The notes beneath the pieces are model-generated. The model was not told the origin of the DNA and made no database searches. It worked only from the letters and a program-made list of their open reading frames with translations. Positions 31,312-43,557 of a stretch of 64,000 nt of DNA are shown piece by piece. The position numbers and the translations under genes are program-made. Source of the DNA: Eledone cirrhosa (lineage: Eukaryota); contig OZ024745.1 of the NCBI GenBank assembly GCA_964016885.1, positions 100,378,001 to 100,442,000 on the forward strand. The letters run 5' to 3'. Within the stretch, counting starts at the first letter, position 1; the number at the start of each line of letters is the position of its first letter.

Positions 31312-34300
31312 GAGTAGGTTGTCTAAATGCGCGTGGCCTGGGCTCAACTTGGAAGCAAACAATGCGTCTAAATGACCTCAGGTCACAACGTATAGATGTG
31401 ATGGTTATTTGCGAGGCCCGGATCACCAACGTGCGACAGCTGGCTCCCACCTTTGATGACTTTGAGATGCACGCATTCTCTGTCAGCCCGGAGGTGGGGG
31501 TGGGGATGTCGTTCTGCTGCAAAAACATCTGGGTCTCGCAATACAGACGGTACATTTTGACCCGGAGGGTCGACTAGTGGTTCTGGACCTTGGCAGTGGT
31601 GAAGGCGGAGCGTTTAGGCTGGTAGCCGTCTACGGCCCTTTCGGGTCAACGCGGCCGGACTTCTTCCATCGTCTGGAGACTTTTCTAGGGACGTCCCGCT
31701 CCTTGCTATTAGTGGGGGACTGGAATGGTATCCTAGATGCACGATGGGACTACGTAGGGGCCTGTCCCGATAGAGAGGGGTGTAACAGCCTCAAAGGGTT
31801 AATCGGCCGATTTGACCTGGCCGATAGATATTGACTAAATTTTCTGACTGCGCCAACCTGGACTTGGGCAAACCGTAGCGGATCATCTAGGTCGTACCTA
31901 GATAGGTTCTTAGTTTTAGAAATAAGGATAAGGACTTTTTAAGTTGTCCAGAAATGCGCATGGTTGGCTATTCAGACCACAAGTTAGTGACCTGCATGGT
32001 CAACCTTGACAGAACGCATAGACAGGGACCCGGTTACTGGAAGCTCAACTTGACCTTACAGGCAAGTAAGGCTTACAGGGACCAGATTAGCACTTTAGTT
32101 AAGGAGCGGTGACGGGTGCCATCGTCAACAGCAGGTGGTGGGGATCTCTCAAAAGAGAGATTAGAGTAGTCTCTATAGAATTTAGTAAGGAGTTAGCCTT
32201 AAATAGGAAGGAAAGGGAGTTGGTAGATAGTGTAGAAGAGGCAATTAGAAGCGGCGCCGTGGCCAGAGTGCTAGCGTCGAGAACGGCCCTGTGCCAGTTC
32301 TTCGACGCGAAACACGAAGGCTGCATCGTCCGAAGCAAAATACGTGCTCTGGGAAACGAGGGGACCAAAGCTGTTAGCTGGGCCCGCGTGACAGAAGCCA
32401 AAAGAGGGACTAGATCCACTATCCGGTCTTTGCGAGACCAGGATGGACGGGTGATCCTTGAACCTAAGCAGATGTGCGAGGCTTTTCAAAAGCACTTTGC
32501 CAGATTGTTCGCAAGGGACGGGGAGCCGGTTGGGGAAGTGGAGTTCGGTCCATACCTCGACGGCCTGCCGCGTCTCTCGGACAAGGAGGCGGAGTCCTGC
32601 GAGGAGCCGATTTCAGCCGCTGAGATAGAGGACGTGCTGAGCCAAAGCGGCAAACGCAAATCCCCGGGTCTCGATGGTCTTCCATACGAACTATATCTAG
32701 CTCTGCCAGACTTGTTCCCCGATCTCCTCGAGGCGGTCTACTGCAACTGGCAACAGAACGGGAGAATTCCCTGTGCTGTGACCAAGGGCCTAGTCACGCT
32801 AGTGAGGAAGGACGAGAACGATATAAATAATTTCAGGCCCATAACTCTGCTAAATACAGAGTTACAGATTTTGGCCAAGGTGCTAGCAAAAAGGTTGGCG
32901 CTTGTCGTGGGCAACCTGGAGGGAGATGCGCAGACATGTGCTATCCCGTCCAGGTCCATCCACGACAACCTCCACCTCATGCGATACTTCATAGAGAGGG
33001 TTGGGAACGAACCCGGCTTTGGTGAGGCCCTGATCAACTTGGATCAATCTAAGGCGTTCGATATGGTCGACCATGGTTACCTGGATGCGGTGCTAGCGGC
33101 GGCAGGCTTCGGACCCGTTTTCAGAGGCTGGATCACTGCCATGCACAACAGCAGCATCTGCTCTAGGGTCAAGGTGAACGGCTACCTCTCGGAGCCGTTC
33201 GAAATCGCGCGGTCCATCCGACAGGGGTGCCGTCTCTCCTCCCTTCTGTATGTAATGACTCTAGAGCCACTGCCGCGGAAGCTGGAGTTGTTGCAGGGCA
33301 TCCGTTGGAACCGGGATTGCGGAAAGCGGTGTTGGCCTACCCCGATGACGTAACAGTAATGGTGTCGATGGCCTCGGAAATCGGGGCGATTGGCACCTTA
33401 CTGGTGGAGTACGAAAGGTTTACAGGGGCTAAGCTGAACCGGGACAAGTCGATCGGTCTGCAACTCGGCACGTGGAGGGGAAAATCGATGCCCTCCGATG
33501 GCGTCGTCGGGCGCTGGATGGCGGGCCCGGTGAAGTTGCTCGGGGTCTGGTTCGGACCAGACCTCCAGGTGGAGAAGAACTGGGGTGAGGTAACGAACAG
33601 GGTGTTTGCACTGACCCAGAAGTGGGCCGAGTGCAAACTGTCCCTGAAAGGTCGGGCGGAGGTGGCGAACACTTATATAGCGTCCGTCATCTACTACCGC
33701 CTGACCGTCGTGCCTTGCCCAAGGGAAAGCTCGCCAAAATGGAGTGCACACTCTTCCAATTCCTTTAGAAGAAGCGGGCTCCTATGGTGAGAAGATCCAT
33801 CTGCTGTCAACACCCTTCGAAAGGAGGGCTGGGGATGCTGTGGCTGATGATGCGTAAACACGCATTAAGGCTACGACGCCTCCAGGTATTCCTCTCCGGT
33901 CAACCGGTGTGGGCCCCGTTTGTGAGGCGTGTCTTTCCCAGACTCGTTTCGCTCACCGAGCTGCAATGCTGGGTCAAGCAAAGACCGAGAAAACTGGGCG
34001 CCTGGCACACTCAGTGGGCCCAGGCGCTCACGGCTCTCTGGCAGGCGGACCCGGCTGTCAGTGGAGAATCCACCTCGTCATTCTATAGAGGGCTGGTGGT
34101 TAGCAGGTGCGACGACGCCCTCGGAGAAGCCCTAGGCATGGAGGAAAACGAACTGGCCAACCTGTTCGGTAGGACATTCAGCCCGGGACCTATGGATAAC
34201 TTATACAGGTACCTGGCCGTTCGAGAAAGGCTCTACAGACACGGGCGCCCGGGTAGGGACCCCTCGAAAAATATCTGTCCCAGATGCGGGTACGACGAGG

Positions 34301-34961
34301 AAACCGTTGCACACGCATTGGTACACTGCTCGGGCATTGCCGATCTGTGGGGCTATGTCGAACGACTGCTGTCACGGGTGGGACCGATCCGGTTGACCAC
34401 CGAGTCTATTGTATCGATCAAGCCGCCTCCCCTCTTCAAAAACGAAGGAGAGGCGGTGTTTCTGTGCGTAATAGCCATGGCGAAAGAGGTTGTATGGTGG
34501 ACGCGTCTGAAAGGACTGAGGTCAGACACCTTTCTCTCTGGCCAACAACTGGTCCGTTTCTTCCGATATCATTTCAGAAGAAGGATCAAGATGGAGAGAG
34601 AGGTGCTGCACCCCAGCCGTTTTTATGAAAGATGGGTGAAAGTGGGGAGAATGGCCCGTGTGAATGGGCCTTCGCTCTACATCAGATTGTAGGTGAGAAA
34701 GATGAAAGATCAAGGGAGCACCCTCTCTCTGTGCTCCTGAGGAGAAGGGTTGCACCCTTTTTCGGGGGTGTGTGCGACCCTCCAAGGCGCCTCCTCCCTA
34801 TTGAGGATTTTGTTATTTAATTTATTTTTGTTATATTTTATATCTTATATTTTTATATTTTGTTATTGCCTCCTCCTTATTGAGGACGTCTTTTTATGTA
34901 AACTCCCCCCATTGTACTTGTCCCACTTTTGATGCCCTGGTGGCAGATAAAAAGAAAGTTA
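31312..34961 (+). mobile_element. decayed L1/Tx1 LINE (ORF2 plus 3' UTR, ORF1 missing)
   Basis: Fragments are collinear with the intact ORF2 at 43558-46977 (LVGDWNGILD, SPGLDGLP, FRPITLLN, YPDD, CPRCG..ETVAH...C) with several frameshifts. Flanked by (TCTA)n and (TC)n. Confidence 0.95.
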
Positions 34962-35008
34962 TCTCTCTCTCTCTCTCTCTCTCTCCCTCTCTCTCTCTCT
35001 CTCTCCCT

Positions 35009-35040
<32 letters not shown>

Positions 35041-35042
35041 CG

Positions 35043-35085
<43 letters not shown>

Positions 35086-35088
<3 letters not shown>

Positions 35089-35248
35089 AAAAAAAGATGA
35101 AATCGAAAATGCAACTGGAGTTTTTTTAAGAATATTTATTTGTTTCCTTTTACCGGTTTCACAGTTCTTATGCTTTTCAAAAGTAGAATTGTGATGGAGG
35201 GTTTCACTCGTGTGGGACATCTCGTTTTTTTTCATAAAAAAAAACCCT

Positions 35249-35250
<2 letters not shown>
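35086..35250 (-). mobile_element. second copy of the pLTR-like island with the variant hammerhead core
   Basis: Minus strand 35146-35185: TTGAAAA-gca taagaac tgt-GAAA-CCGG-TA. Confidence 0.55.
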
Positions 35251-35290
<40 letters not shown>

Positions 35291-35629
35291 CGAAGGTGGT
35301 GTGGTAAGGAACCAGATGGACCATAACGCACCAGACAGAAATAGCCGTCGAAACGGCTTGAGCTCTGCTGTCGGGGTTAAACATTTTCCTATATATACAT
35401 ACATATAGCTTGATTCGTTCTTTCGGCTACGGTGGCTGCCAACTTTACAACCATTGTTTTCATTTTATCTGGCCTTTATAACATGTTAATTGCTCTGGTT
35501 TCTTCTTCGTCCTTTGAGCACTTGGCGGTTTATCTCGAAGACTGCGTTTCGTTTTGTTTTGGCCACCGCCGAAATACGATCTCGCTGAAATTATATATAT
35601 ATGTGTGTGTGTGTTTATATATATATATA

Positions 35630-35977
35630 CAATGATATTAAATAAATGGAAACTATATTTATAAAACTATATTTATTCAATTATATATATTTCATGGGTA
35701 CCAAAATTTTGGTACGCTATCATCAGATAAAATACAAAATGTTTTATAAATATTTGACATAACCAAGGATAATATACCTTAACGGTTCAAGTTATCCCTG
35801 ACTTTCCAGGGATAACTTGAACTGTTAAGGTATATTATCCTTGGTTATGTCAAATATTTATAAAACATTTTGTATTTTATCTGATGATAGCGTACCAAAA
35901 TTTTGGGACCCTTGAAATATATATAATTGAATAAATATGGTTTTATAAATATAGTTTCCATTTATTTAATATCATTG
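35630..35977. repeat. near-perfect 348-bp palindrome (171-bp arms, 6-nt loop) with a hammerhead motif on each strand
   Basis: Centre ccctg-actttc-caggg. CTGATGA...GAAA-TATATA-TA at 35873-35933 (+) and 35674-35734 (-). Confidence 0.9.
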
Positions 35978-36067
35978 AATATTTACTCCAGAAAACTGTC
36001 GAGTGCTCTGAATCAGTTATAAACATTTATATTTGTTGTATTTCCAACAAATTAAATACCCCTTCTA

Positions 36068-36121
<54 letters not shown>

Positions 36122-36587
36122 AAGTTGTTCAGCTTCTTTGCAAGACAGAAAAGCCTAGCTGGATATTTATTTTGTTGAAATAAAATACACTATATTTTCG
36201 GTTCTTAATATCTAATTTTATTTAATATAATTACACTTCATCTACAATATCCACTCCTTTCAATATCCCCCCCCCCCCCACACACACATATTCAATTCCT
36301 TTTTTTTTGTCCTTCTCTTTAATTTAGTATGTCCTTAATTACCCTCGATATTGCGATTTATTGGACTTTTAGAAAAAGGTAAAACATCATTATATGAAAA
36401 ACGGTATCACTCTTGCAGACTACGAACATAATATTATCCCGCGCCATCAAACTACATTTTTTAGTGTTTTAGTCAGAAGAAAGTATTTGCACTAGTGACC
36501 GTCCCAGGTCATTTCAAATTGGTGAGATTGATGCAGTTTATGTTTATTCTGAACATCTGTTAGCACACACACACACGCATATATATA

Positions 36588-36775
36588 TATAATAAAATAA
36601 CAGGAGGCTGGACTTGTGTAAATCCTTGAAAGGTTTATTATACTATGATCATTTCAATGACCGGGTTCCGTATGAATATCACCGGATTCATACTGAACCC
36701 GGTCATTGAAATGATCATAGTATAATAAACTTTTCAAGGATTTACACCAGTCCAGCCTCCTGTTATTTTATTATA
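36588..36775. repeat. near-perfect 188-bp palindrome (90-bp arms)
   Basis: Arms 36588-36677 and 36686-36775; each strand reads GAAA-TGATCA-TA. Confidence 0.9.
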
Positions 36776-36958
36776 ATAATTAACTCCGTACTCGCACCAC
36801 CAACTACACAAACGAAGACGGGTGAGCTGCATTACGTTGAGTACTCTCCATAATATTACATCGAGATTGACCATACGGAATGATCAATTCTATCCAGTGG
36901 TGAACCAACAAACCTAAATATATATATATATATATATATATGCGTGTGTGTGTATATG

Positions 36959-37027
<69 letters not shown>

Positions 37028-37419
37028 GTCTTTGTTCTTTACATAATTAGCCTGATTGACAGTTGATCGCTTTGGCTTGTAATCAGTTTTTGAATTTCCC
37101 TCCAACGTTTTCCCTCACAAACGGACAGTTTTTGATCCAGCCCCCCCCCCCCCCTCTTTGGGTGAGGTCACGTGTCACTACATAAATTAAATTGCTACAC
37201 TCAGTGATGACATAGACTGAATTTGTATGAATCGTTTAGACAAACCTTTCCATTGGAGTGGGACGATTACTCGCTGGAAACCTGTTGCAGCGCCTAGTTA
37301 TGAAGATAATATTATACCGTGAACAACAGTTACATTTGTAACTGTTATGAGCAGACTGTAGCACAGAAACTGTCGACACAAATATAATATTATTACCCAC
37401 ACATAGCAGTTTATTTACT

Positions 37420-37710
37420 AATAATTGTTTCTACTTTTGGCACAAGGCCAGCAATTACCCAGTGCATTACTGGTACTTTATTTTATCGACCCCGTAAGAA
37501 TGAAAGGCAAAGTTAAACTCGACGGGATTTGAACTCAGATAGTAAAGGGACGTAACTCTGCTGGAAAGCATGGCGTCCGACCCTTTATTTACTAATAATG
37601 GTTTCTCATATAGGTACAAGGCCAGCGATTTTGGGGGAGGGGAAAGTCGATTAAATCGATCCCAGTGCGTGACTGGTTCTTTATTTTATCGACCCCGATA
37701 CTGCCAATCC
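37420..37710 (-). mobile_element. two adjacent Nin-domain SINEs
   Basis: About 37420-37583 and 37596-37710; the second is internally deleted. Confidence 0.85.
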
Positions 37711-37788
37711 ACCGCCCTCAGTTTATTTACTAATAATGAAATTGTGTGCGCACGCACACACACACACTCACAAGCACATATATATATA

Positions 37789-38007
37789 TGAGGGTGTGCT
37801 GGAAAGTTTCTGGCTTGATCGCTACTACAGAGGCCAGGCTGGAGTCCCAACCTTCCAAGTTCTTTTTACGGGGCTTAGAAAAGCTGAAGGACCACTGCAA
37901 TAAGTGTGTAAATCTAAGAGGGGAATATGTTGAATAAAATCATAATTAACTGATCCGCTTGTATTTTCCTTTACCCAAAAGCCAGGAATATTTCAAGCAT
38001 TCCTTCC
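37789..38007 (+). mobile_element. internally deleted mariner element (MITE)
   Basis: TA-flanked imperfect TIRs gagggtgtgctggaaagtttctggctt / aagccaggaatatttcaagcattcctt. Internal FFLRGLEKLKDHCNKCVNLRGEYVE* resembles a mariner transposase C-terminus. Confidence 0.8.
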
Positions 38008-39129
38008 TATAAACCTGGTCGGGAAGTTCCAGAATATTGACAGTTCATGATCGAAGGTTTGGGTAAATTGGTCCGTTCTGGAGCCGGATTAAGCCGGATG
38101 TATGGGTGACCAGGGAGTGACTAGTATCGAGTGGGCTTCAATGGAGGTGGTATACTATTAGACGAGTGGTATACACGTGGTATGCAGGTGTATAAACGTG
38201 GTATATAGGTGGTGTACATGTGGTCTGCAATTAGCTGGCTCTGATGAGCTGAGGGCGTTAAAGCTGCTGTTGAAAAGTTTTGTTGGCTGGAGTAAATAGT
38301 GATGTTTAATTAAGTCTATACCGTCTATATAATTTACATTTAAGTCGATTCCACTAAGCTATTGTTCATACCTGCATGCGTGCGTGCGCGCGCGCGTGTG
38401 TGTGTGTGTTTGTGTGTTTGTTTGTGTGTGTGTGTGAGTGTGTGTGTGTGTGTGTGTGTGCTATAATATTGGTAAATTATACATGGAACAAAATTAATAA
38501 AAAATTAATAAAGTATAGAATAATACCCGAATTAAATTTCCAGTGAAAAATTTTGTGTCTTAACATTTAGAATTTCAGACATCGTTAAATATACTAAGTC
38601 ATGCAACTCACTTCATTTGTTAGTATTGTCGCTCAGCATATTGGTTTTAATTACTAAATATAACGTATTAAGAATGAAATAGTAGATAAAAGCTTGAAAT
38701 ACACCCTACTAAAATTAATTTAATTAACACTGTCTAACAGGCAAGTCATTTAATTTTATAGTCAACACTGGCTTTCTATTAATTGTTATTAGTTGTTGCT
38801 ATCGATTAGACCTAGGCCAAACCTGATTGAACAAGCGTTATAATAGTGACCTACACACATTTTTTCCATAGTTTATTTCATATGTACCTAAGACAGCATT
38901 AACAAACGTGTTCTTGCTTCTTTAAGATGGTATGGTATAATTTGATTGCTATTTCTATGTGGTTGGGCGACTACACACAGACTTTCTGATCCGGCATGTG
39001 AACAAACATCAAATCCAAGGAGCAATAATACTCTAGCTTCCACCAGTTACTAACTCTATACAAATTTCAAGAGAAACCCACCGCTTCCACATCTTGGACG
39101 CTACTACTACACATACAGACATCCTAGAC

Positions 39130-39318
39130 CAGGCATGTCAAACATGCGGTCCTTTACAAGCTTACCTGCGGCCCGCACAAAGGTTTTTACAGCTCGAGCA
39201 TGTTATATCTTCGTAATATAAAATTAGTTGTAATGTGTGCAATTAGTTGTGTGTGGCGCTCAGACAACATATATGTGGCCCGTGTGGCCCTCGGGGAACC
39301 CTCAGTTTGACATGCCTG
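39130..39318. mobile_element. hAT (Charlie-like) MITE
   Basis: Perfect 14-bp TIRs CAGGCATGTCAAAC / GTTTGACATGCCTG with an exact 8-bp TSD, TCCTAGAC. Confidence 0.9.
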
Positions 39319-39399
39319 TCCTAGACAACATGGAAAAGACTACCCGGCAGATTGGTGTGACATCACTCACCACCACACTCCAGTCTCTAACCCAAAGAC

Positions 39400-40135
39400 A
39401 TAATTGTTTCTACTTTTGGCACAAGGCCAGCAATTACCCAGTGCATTACTGGTACTTTATTTTATTCGACCCCGTAAGGATGAAAGGCAAAGTAAACCTC
39501 GGCATAATGTCTGCTCGCTCAACCATTTCTGACACTACTATGGTGCTCCTTATTGCTTGGAGCTTGCTTATCTCGTACCATCTCCTCTCGTTATCAATAT
39601 AGTTGTCTTCACCCAATCACGAAGTCAAGTTATTTCTTCTCAAAACAAAACATCAGTTCGCTAGAATTCTTTCCAATCCCACATATTCCTGTTACCATCA
39701 ACTTAAAATTGTTCAAGAACAACAGATTTATCGAACAAATTTAGAGAACATCCAAAATAACTCTCCTCCAGACCAAATCATAAAACATAAATAAATAAAT
39801 AGGCGCAGACATACTTGCGTGGTTAAGGAGTTCACTTCGCAATAACATGGGCAAGTGTCTACTGCTATAGCAGCCTTTTGACGAATGCCTTCTGAGTGAA
39901 ATTTGGTCGACAGAAACAATGCGGAAGACCGTCATATATATATATATTAATTATAATTGTTTCTACTTTTTGGCACAAGGCCAGCAATTACACCAGAGTA
40001 TTACTGGTACTTTATTTTATAGACCCCATTAGGATGAAAGGCAAAGTTAACCTCGGCGGGATTTGAACTCAGAATGGCAAGGGCCGTAACTCTATGCGTC
40101 AAAGCATGGCGTCCGACCCTCTACCGATACTGCCA
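39400..40135. mobile_element. Nin-SINE copies (39400-39503 and 39955-40135, minus) and a third SINE type (39800-39935, plus)
   Basis: Nin core visible. The third type has a tRNA-like head (gcgtggttaaggag) and an L2-like tail tgagtgaaatttggtcgacagaaac. Confidence 0.7.
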
Positions 40136-40425
40136 ATCCACCATCTTAATTAATGTTGTAATGATTAGGAATTTAATTACTTGTTTTAACATTGCATACG
40201 CTCCGATGATTCCAGACATTTGTCTAGAAGGAACGATCGTCAGCAATTAAATGCATTAAACAAAATTTTGATTGTATCCTATGTTGTATTTCTGGCCTGT
40301 AATATATCTGATATTTTATATTGAGCTAATTTTCTTACTGGTAATTGAGTAATACAAAATATTACCCTTGTCTTATTTATAATTGTATATAGATTATATA
40401 TATAAGTATATTATTATTATTGTTA

Positions 40426-40975
40426 CTAGCAGAAAAAACACCATTCGGGTAGTTTTCTGCTAGCATGTGTAGTGTGTATATTGATATGATACGCAGGTAT
40501 ATATACATGAAGATATGATACATCAAATAAAATCGTAATTGGCAATATATAATATATAGAAATTGAACGAAGAGTGCGTTACACTGTCATATTTAATCAG
40601 TAACGTAATCCACGATACATTAAAAAAGACGATATTATATATAAACTGCATTAGGAGAAAATTAGTGACAGAAAATTAGTATGTTTATTTAAGCGTTGGC
40701 CAACCGGAAGTGTTGACATTTCAGAAATTTTAAAGAAGTGAATCTTTAAATAAACAAAATATATTTAATCAACAGCCACGAAATTTAGTAGATAAATTAT
40801 GTAATATTAATTGGAGTCGATAAAATAAAGTAGCAGTAAGCACTGGATAATTGCTGGCATTGTGCCAAAAGTAGAAACAATTATTTATTCAAAGTAATCC
40901 AACTTATTTTACTAATGGGATAAAAAATTATAAACCGTACGCAGTCCTGCGCTCCTTACTTTATTATAGTTTAGA
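40426..40975 (-). mobile_element. possible non-autonomous Helitron
   Basis: Minus strand starts A|TCTAAACTATAATAAA and ends CTAG|T, with a subterminal inverted repeat ctagcagaaaa..ttttctgctag. Contains a SINE fragment at 40812-40883. Confidence 0.4.
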
Positions 40976-40997
40976 TTATTATAATTCTTCTTCTTCT

Positions 40998-41191
40998 TTG
41001 AGTCTCAGTCATTGATGTTATTTAACTGGAAAGTTTGTTGAAATGAATATCAAGCAGCTACTTGCAGCCTCAGATATTCAGGACGTATCGGAGCGTTCTT
41101 GCTGTTCCCAGCAAGCATGCCTTTTGAAGTGTTCCAAAAAGCCGGGCTGGACTAATCTTCTTTAACCATCCTTGGAAACTCTTTGAGATAT
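40998..41191 (-). mobile_element. R4/Dong family B extreme 3' fragment
   Basis: Close match to 47291-47480; tail (GAA)n/(TAA)n. Confidence 0.85.
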
Positions 41192-41428
41192 TTTATTATT
41201 ATTATTATTATTATTGAATGCCATGGTTGACGGAGGCTCGGCTCTGTAAGGTATAGTAATTTTTAACCGTTAAAACAATTGTAAATTGTTTAAAACTTGA
41301 ACCAAATTGTTGATAAAGACACCCTCCTCCTCGTGAGAGGGGTCTTTCTGTCCGTTATTTGGCCCTTCGGGGTTAAATAACCAGTTATTGGGGTTTTGTA
41401 CCCAAAATTTCATTTTAAACAAAAAAAC

Positions 41429-43522
41429 ATGGCTACGAAAAAGAAATTTCATATGTCACTCCCACTCATTCCGTCTTCTTCTTCCTCAATCATCACTACA
41501 GCAGAGAGAAGATTGTCTCTCTCCCTCCCTTCTTTAAATGTGTCTCTCTCCCTCCCTTCTCTTTCGCAAGCGACGAAAGAAAAGAAAAGTCTCGTGCAAA
41601 GCGTGCAAGGTTTCTCCACGACGACGACGACAGCGACGAAACAGGTGTGCGGGAAATACGAAAACCCAGTTCATTCGTCTGACGTCAGGAATAATAGCAG
41701 TAGCAGCCGTAATAACAACAGCAACAGTGACAATGAAAACAACAGTAGCAGCCGCAACAGCATCACCAGCAGCATAAACAACAGCATTAGCAGCAGCAAC
41801 ACCAACAACAGCCACAGCAACAGCGGCGGAGGCAGTAGTCGTAGTACCTGCAGCAACAACTAAAGTACCAGCAGCTCTGACGACAACAACAACAGCAGAG
41901 AAAAACCAATCTCATTTGCAGGTATTGCGAAAAACTTGGAAACAATCCTCATAACAAATGAGGAATTAGAGGAAGCGAAGAAGATGGTGACAAAGAACGG
42001 ACACCGAGCAATCTGCAAGGCAGCGGAAAAATTTTTCGAAACCCAAGAGCACTGTACGGTCACGTACCGTACAGTAAGTACAAAATCCCGTAGGGTGGAA
42101 AGAGCCACAGAGGCCCAAATACAAAAAGCCTTGGGGTCTGTGTGGCAGCGGAAAACGCACATCACCCGAGGCAAAAAATATGCCACCGTAGACGTACTTT
42201 TTGCCACACCCCAGGAGGCAAAGGCCCAATCAGTAGTGACCCTAAGGAGCGAGGAAATGGTGTTGGTGCCCTCCTACTGTGGGCAAAAAATTGTGAGGGT
42301 CAAACTGACCCACGTCCCCCCCGGAATGACCCCTTCTTGGCTGGCCGCGTCTGTCCTCGTCGGAATCGAGGACAAAACAACTGTACTGCAAGTACAGAAA
42401 AAAGTAAGAGAAGATTGGGTCGGCTCCTCCATTGAGATGCTAATCCAAACCAACCAGGAGTGCATCGAAGCTATCCCGGATGTGATAGACTTCGATAACG
42501 GCACTCAACTGCCCATAAGTGTTGAGGGCAAACGCCCGAAATGCTTTCGCTGTGGATCGAAGACTCACCTCAGGGCCTTCTGCAACGAGAAGACCCTGAG
42601 AAAGGAGAAAACCCCCCTCCTTCCGAATCCGGCTCCACGGCTACCAGCAACAGGACAAGCGGCAACCAGGAACGATAGGCCCGTGGCACCCATACCCACT
42701 CCACGGAAATCAAAAACAGCAGCAGCAGTGGAAATACTAACAACAACAACAGCAATACCAAATGCAGCTGCAACAGAGACTCCAGTGCAAACATCACCAA
42801 CAACAACAAGTGAAAGAGTGGAGTTGGTACCCCTCCCCGACCTCACAGAATCAGACATGGAGTGTGAGGTGGGAGAGAGATGGCAAAAGGTCGTAAGAAG
42901 GCACAAACGCAGAAGCAGCGCATCGTCGCCTTTGAAAAGGGAGGAAAGAAATGAGAAAAGGGTAAAGTCTACTGCAAAGAGACCCACAGCAGCAACAACA
43001 CCAACACCATCACCACCCACACTAGCGCCACCATCACCACCGGCGACAACCCCACCGCCAACAACACCTTCAACACCACCACCACAAGCACCAACATCGC
43101 AAACACAACAACAAAACACACACACCCAGCAACAACGACAAGAAAATAGCAGAACCACACCCCACCCCCAGAAAAACAAATGCACGGCAATAAATACACA
43201 CAACAAGAAACTAATGACTTACATAATTGAACACACAGACATTTCACAACAGGACTACATAATACCAGCACCAATCAAAACGCCAACTAACATAAGACTG
43301 CTAAAAATAGCACAGAAACAATACACAAACATTAAAACGAAATTCCCCAACGCAGTAGGTGATTTCAGGGACCTAGGAGGAACCATCAATCGAAGAGTAT
43401 ACTCAGACATTCTCTTAGAAGAGCCGACGACCAGCCGAAGGGACGATTCAACGGTCCCTTCACCAGACGATCAAGTGAAAAGGGATGTAAAAACCATCCC
43501 TCCTCTACCAAAAGTACGGTAA
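41429..43522 (+). CDS. Tx1 ORF1 (gag-like, CCHC knuckle), with one in-frame TAA at 41861-41863
   Basis: ATG at 41429 is in frame with ORF 41936-43522. Contains SFAGIAK, CFRCGSKTHLRAFC and WQKVVRRHKRR. Confidence 0.75.
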
Positions 43523-43557
43523 GTGGTCTTTCCCATCTTTTCCACTCTATTTTAAAC

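Noticed and set aside
38241-38270. CTGATGAG core-like motif
   Set aside because: No downstream GAAA or pairing stems.
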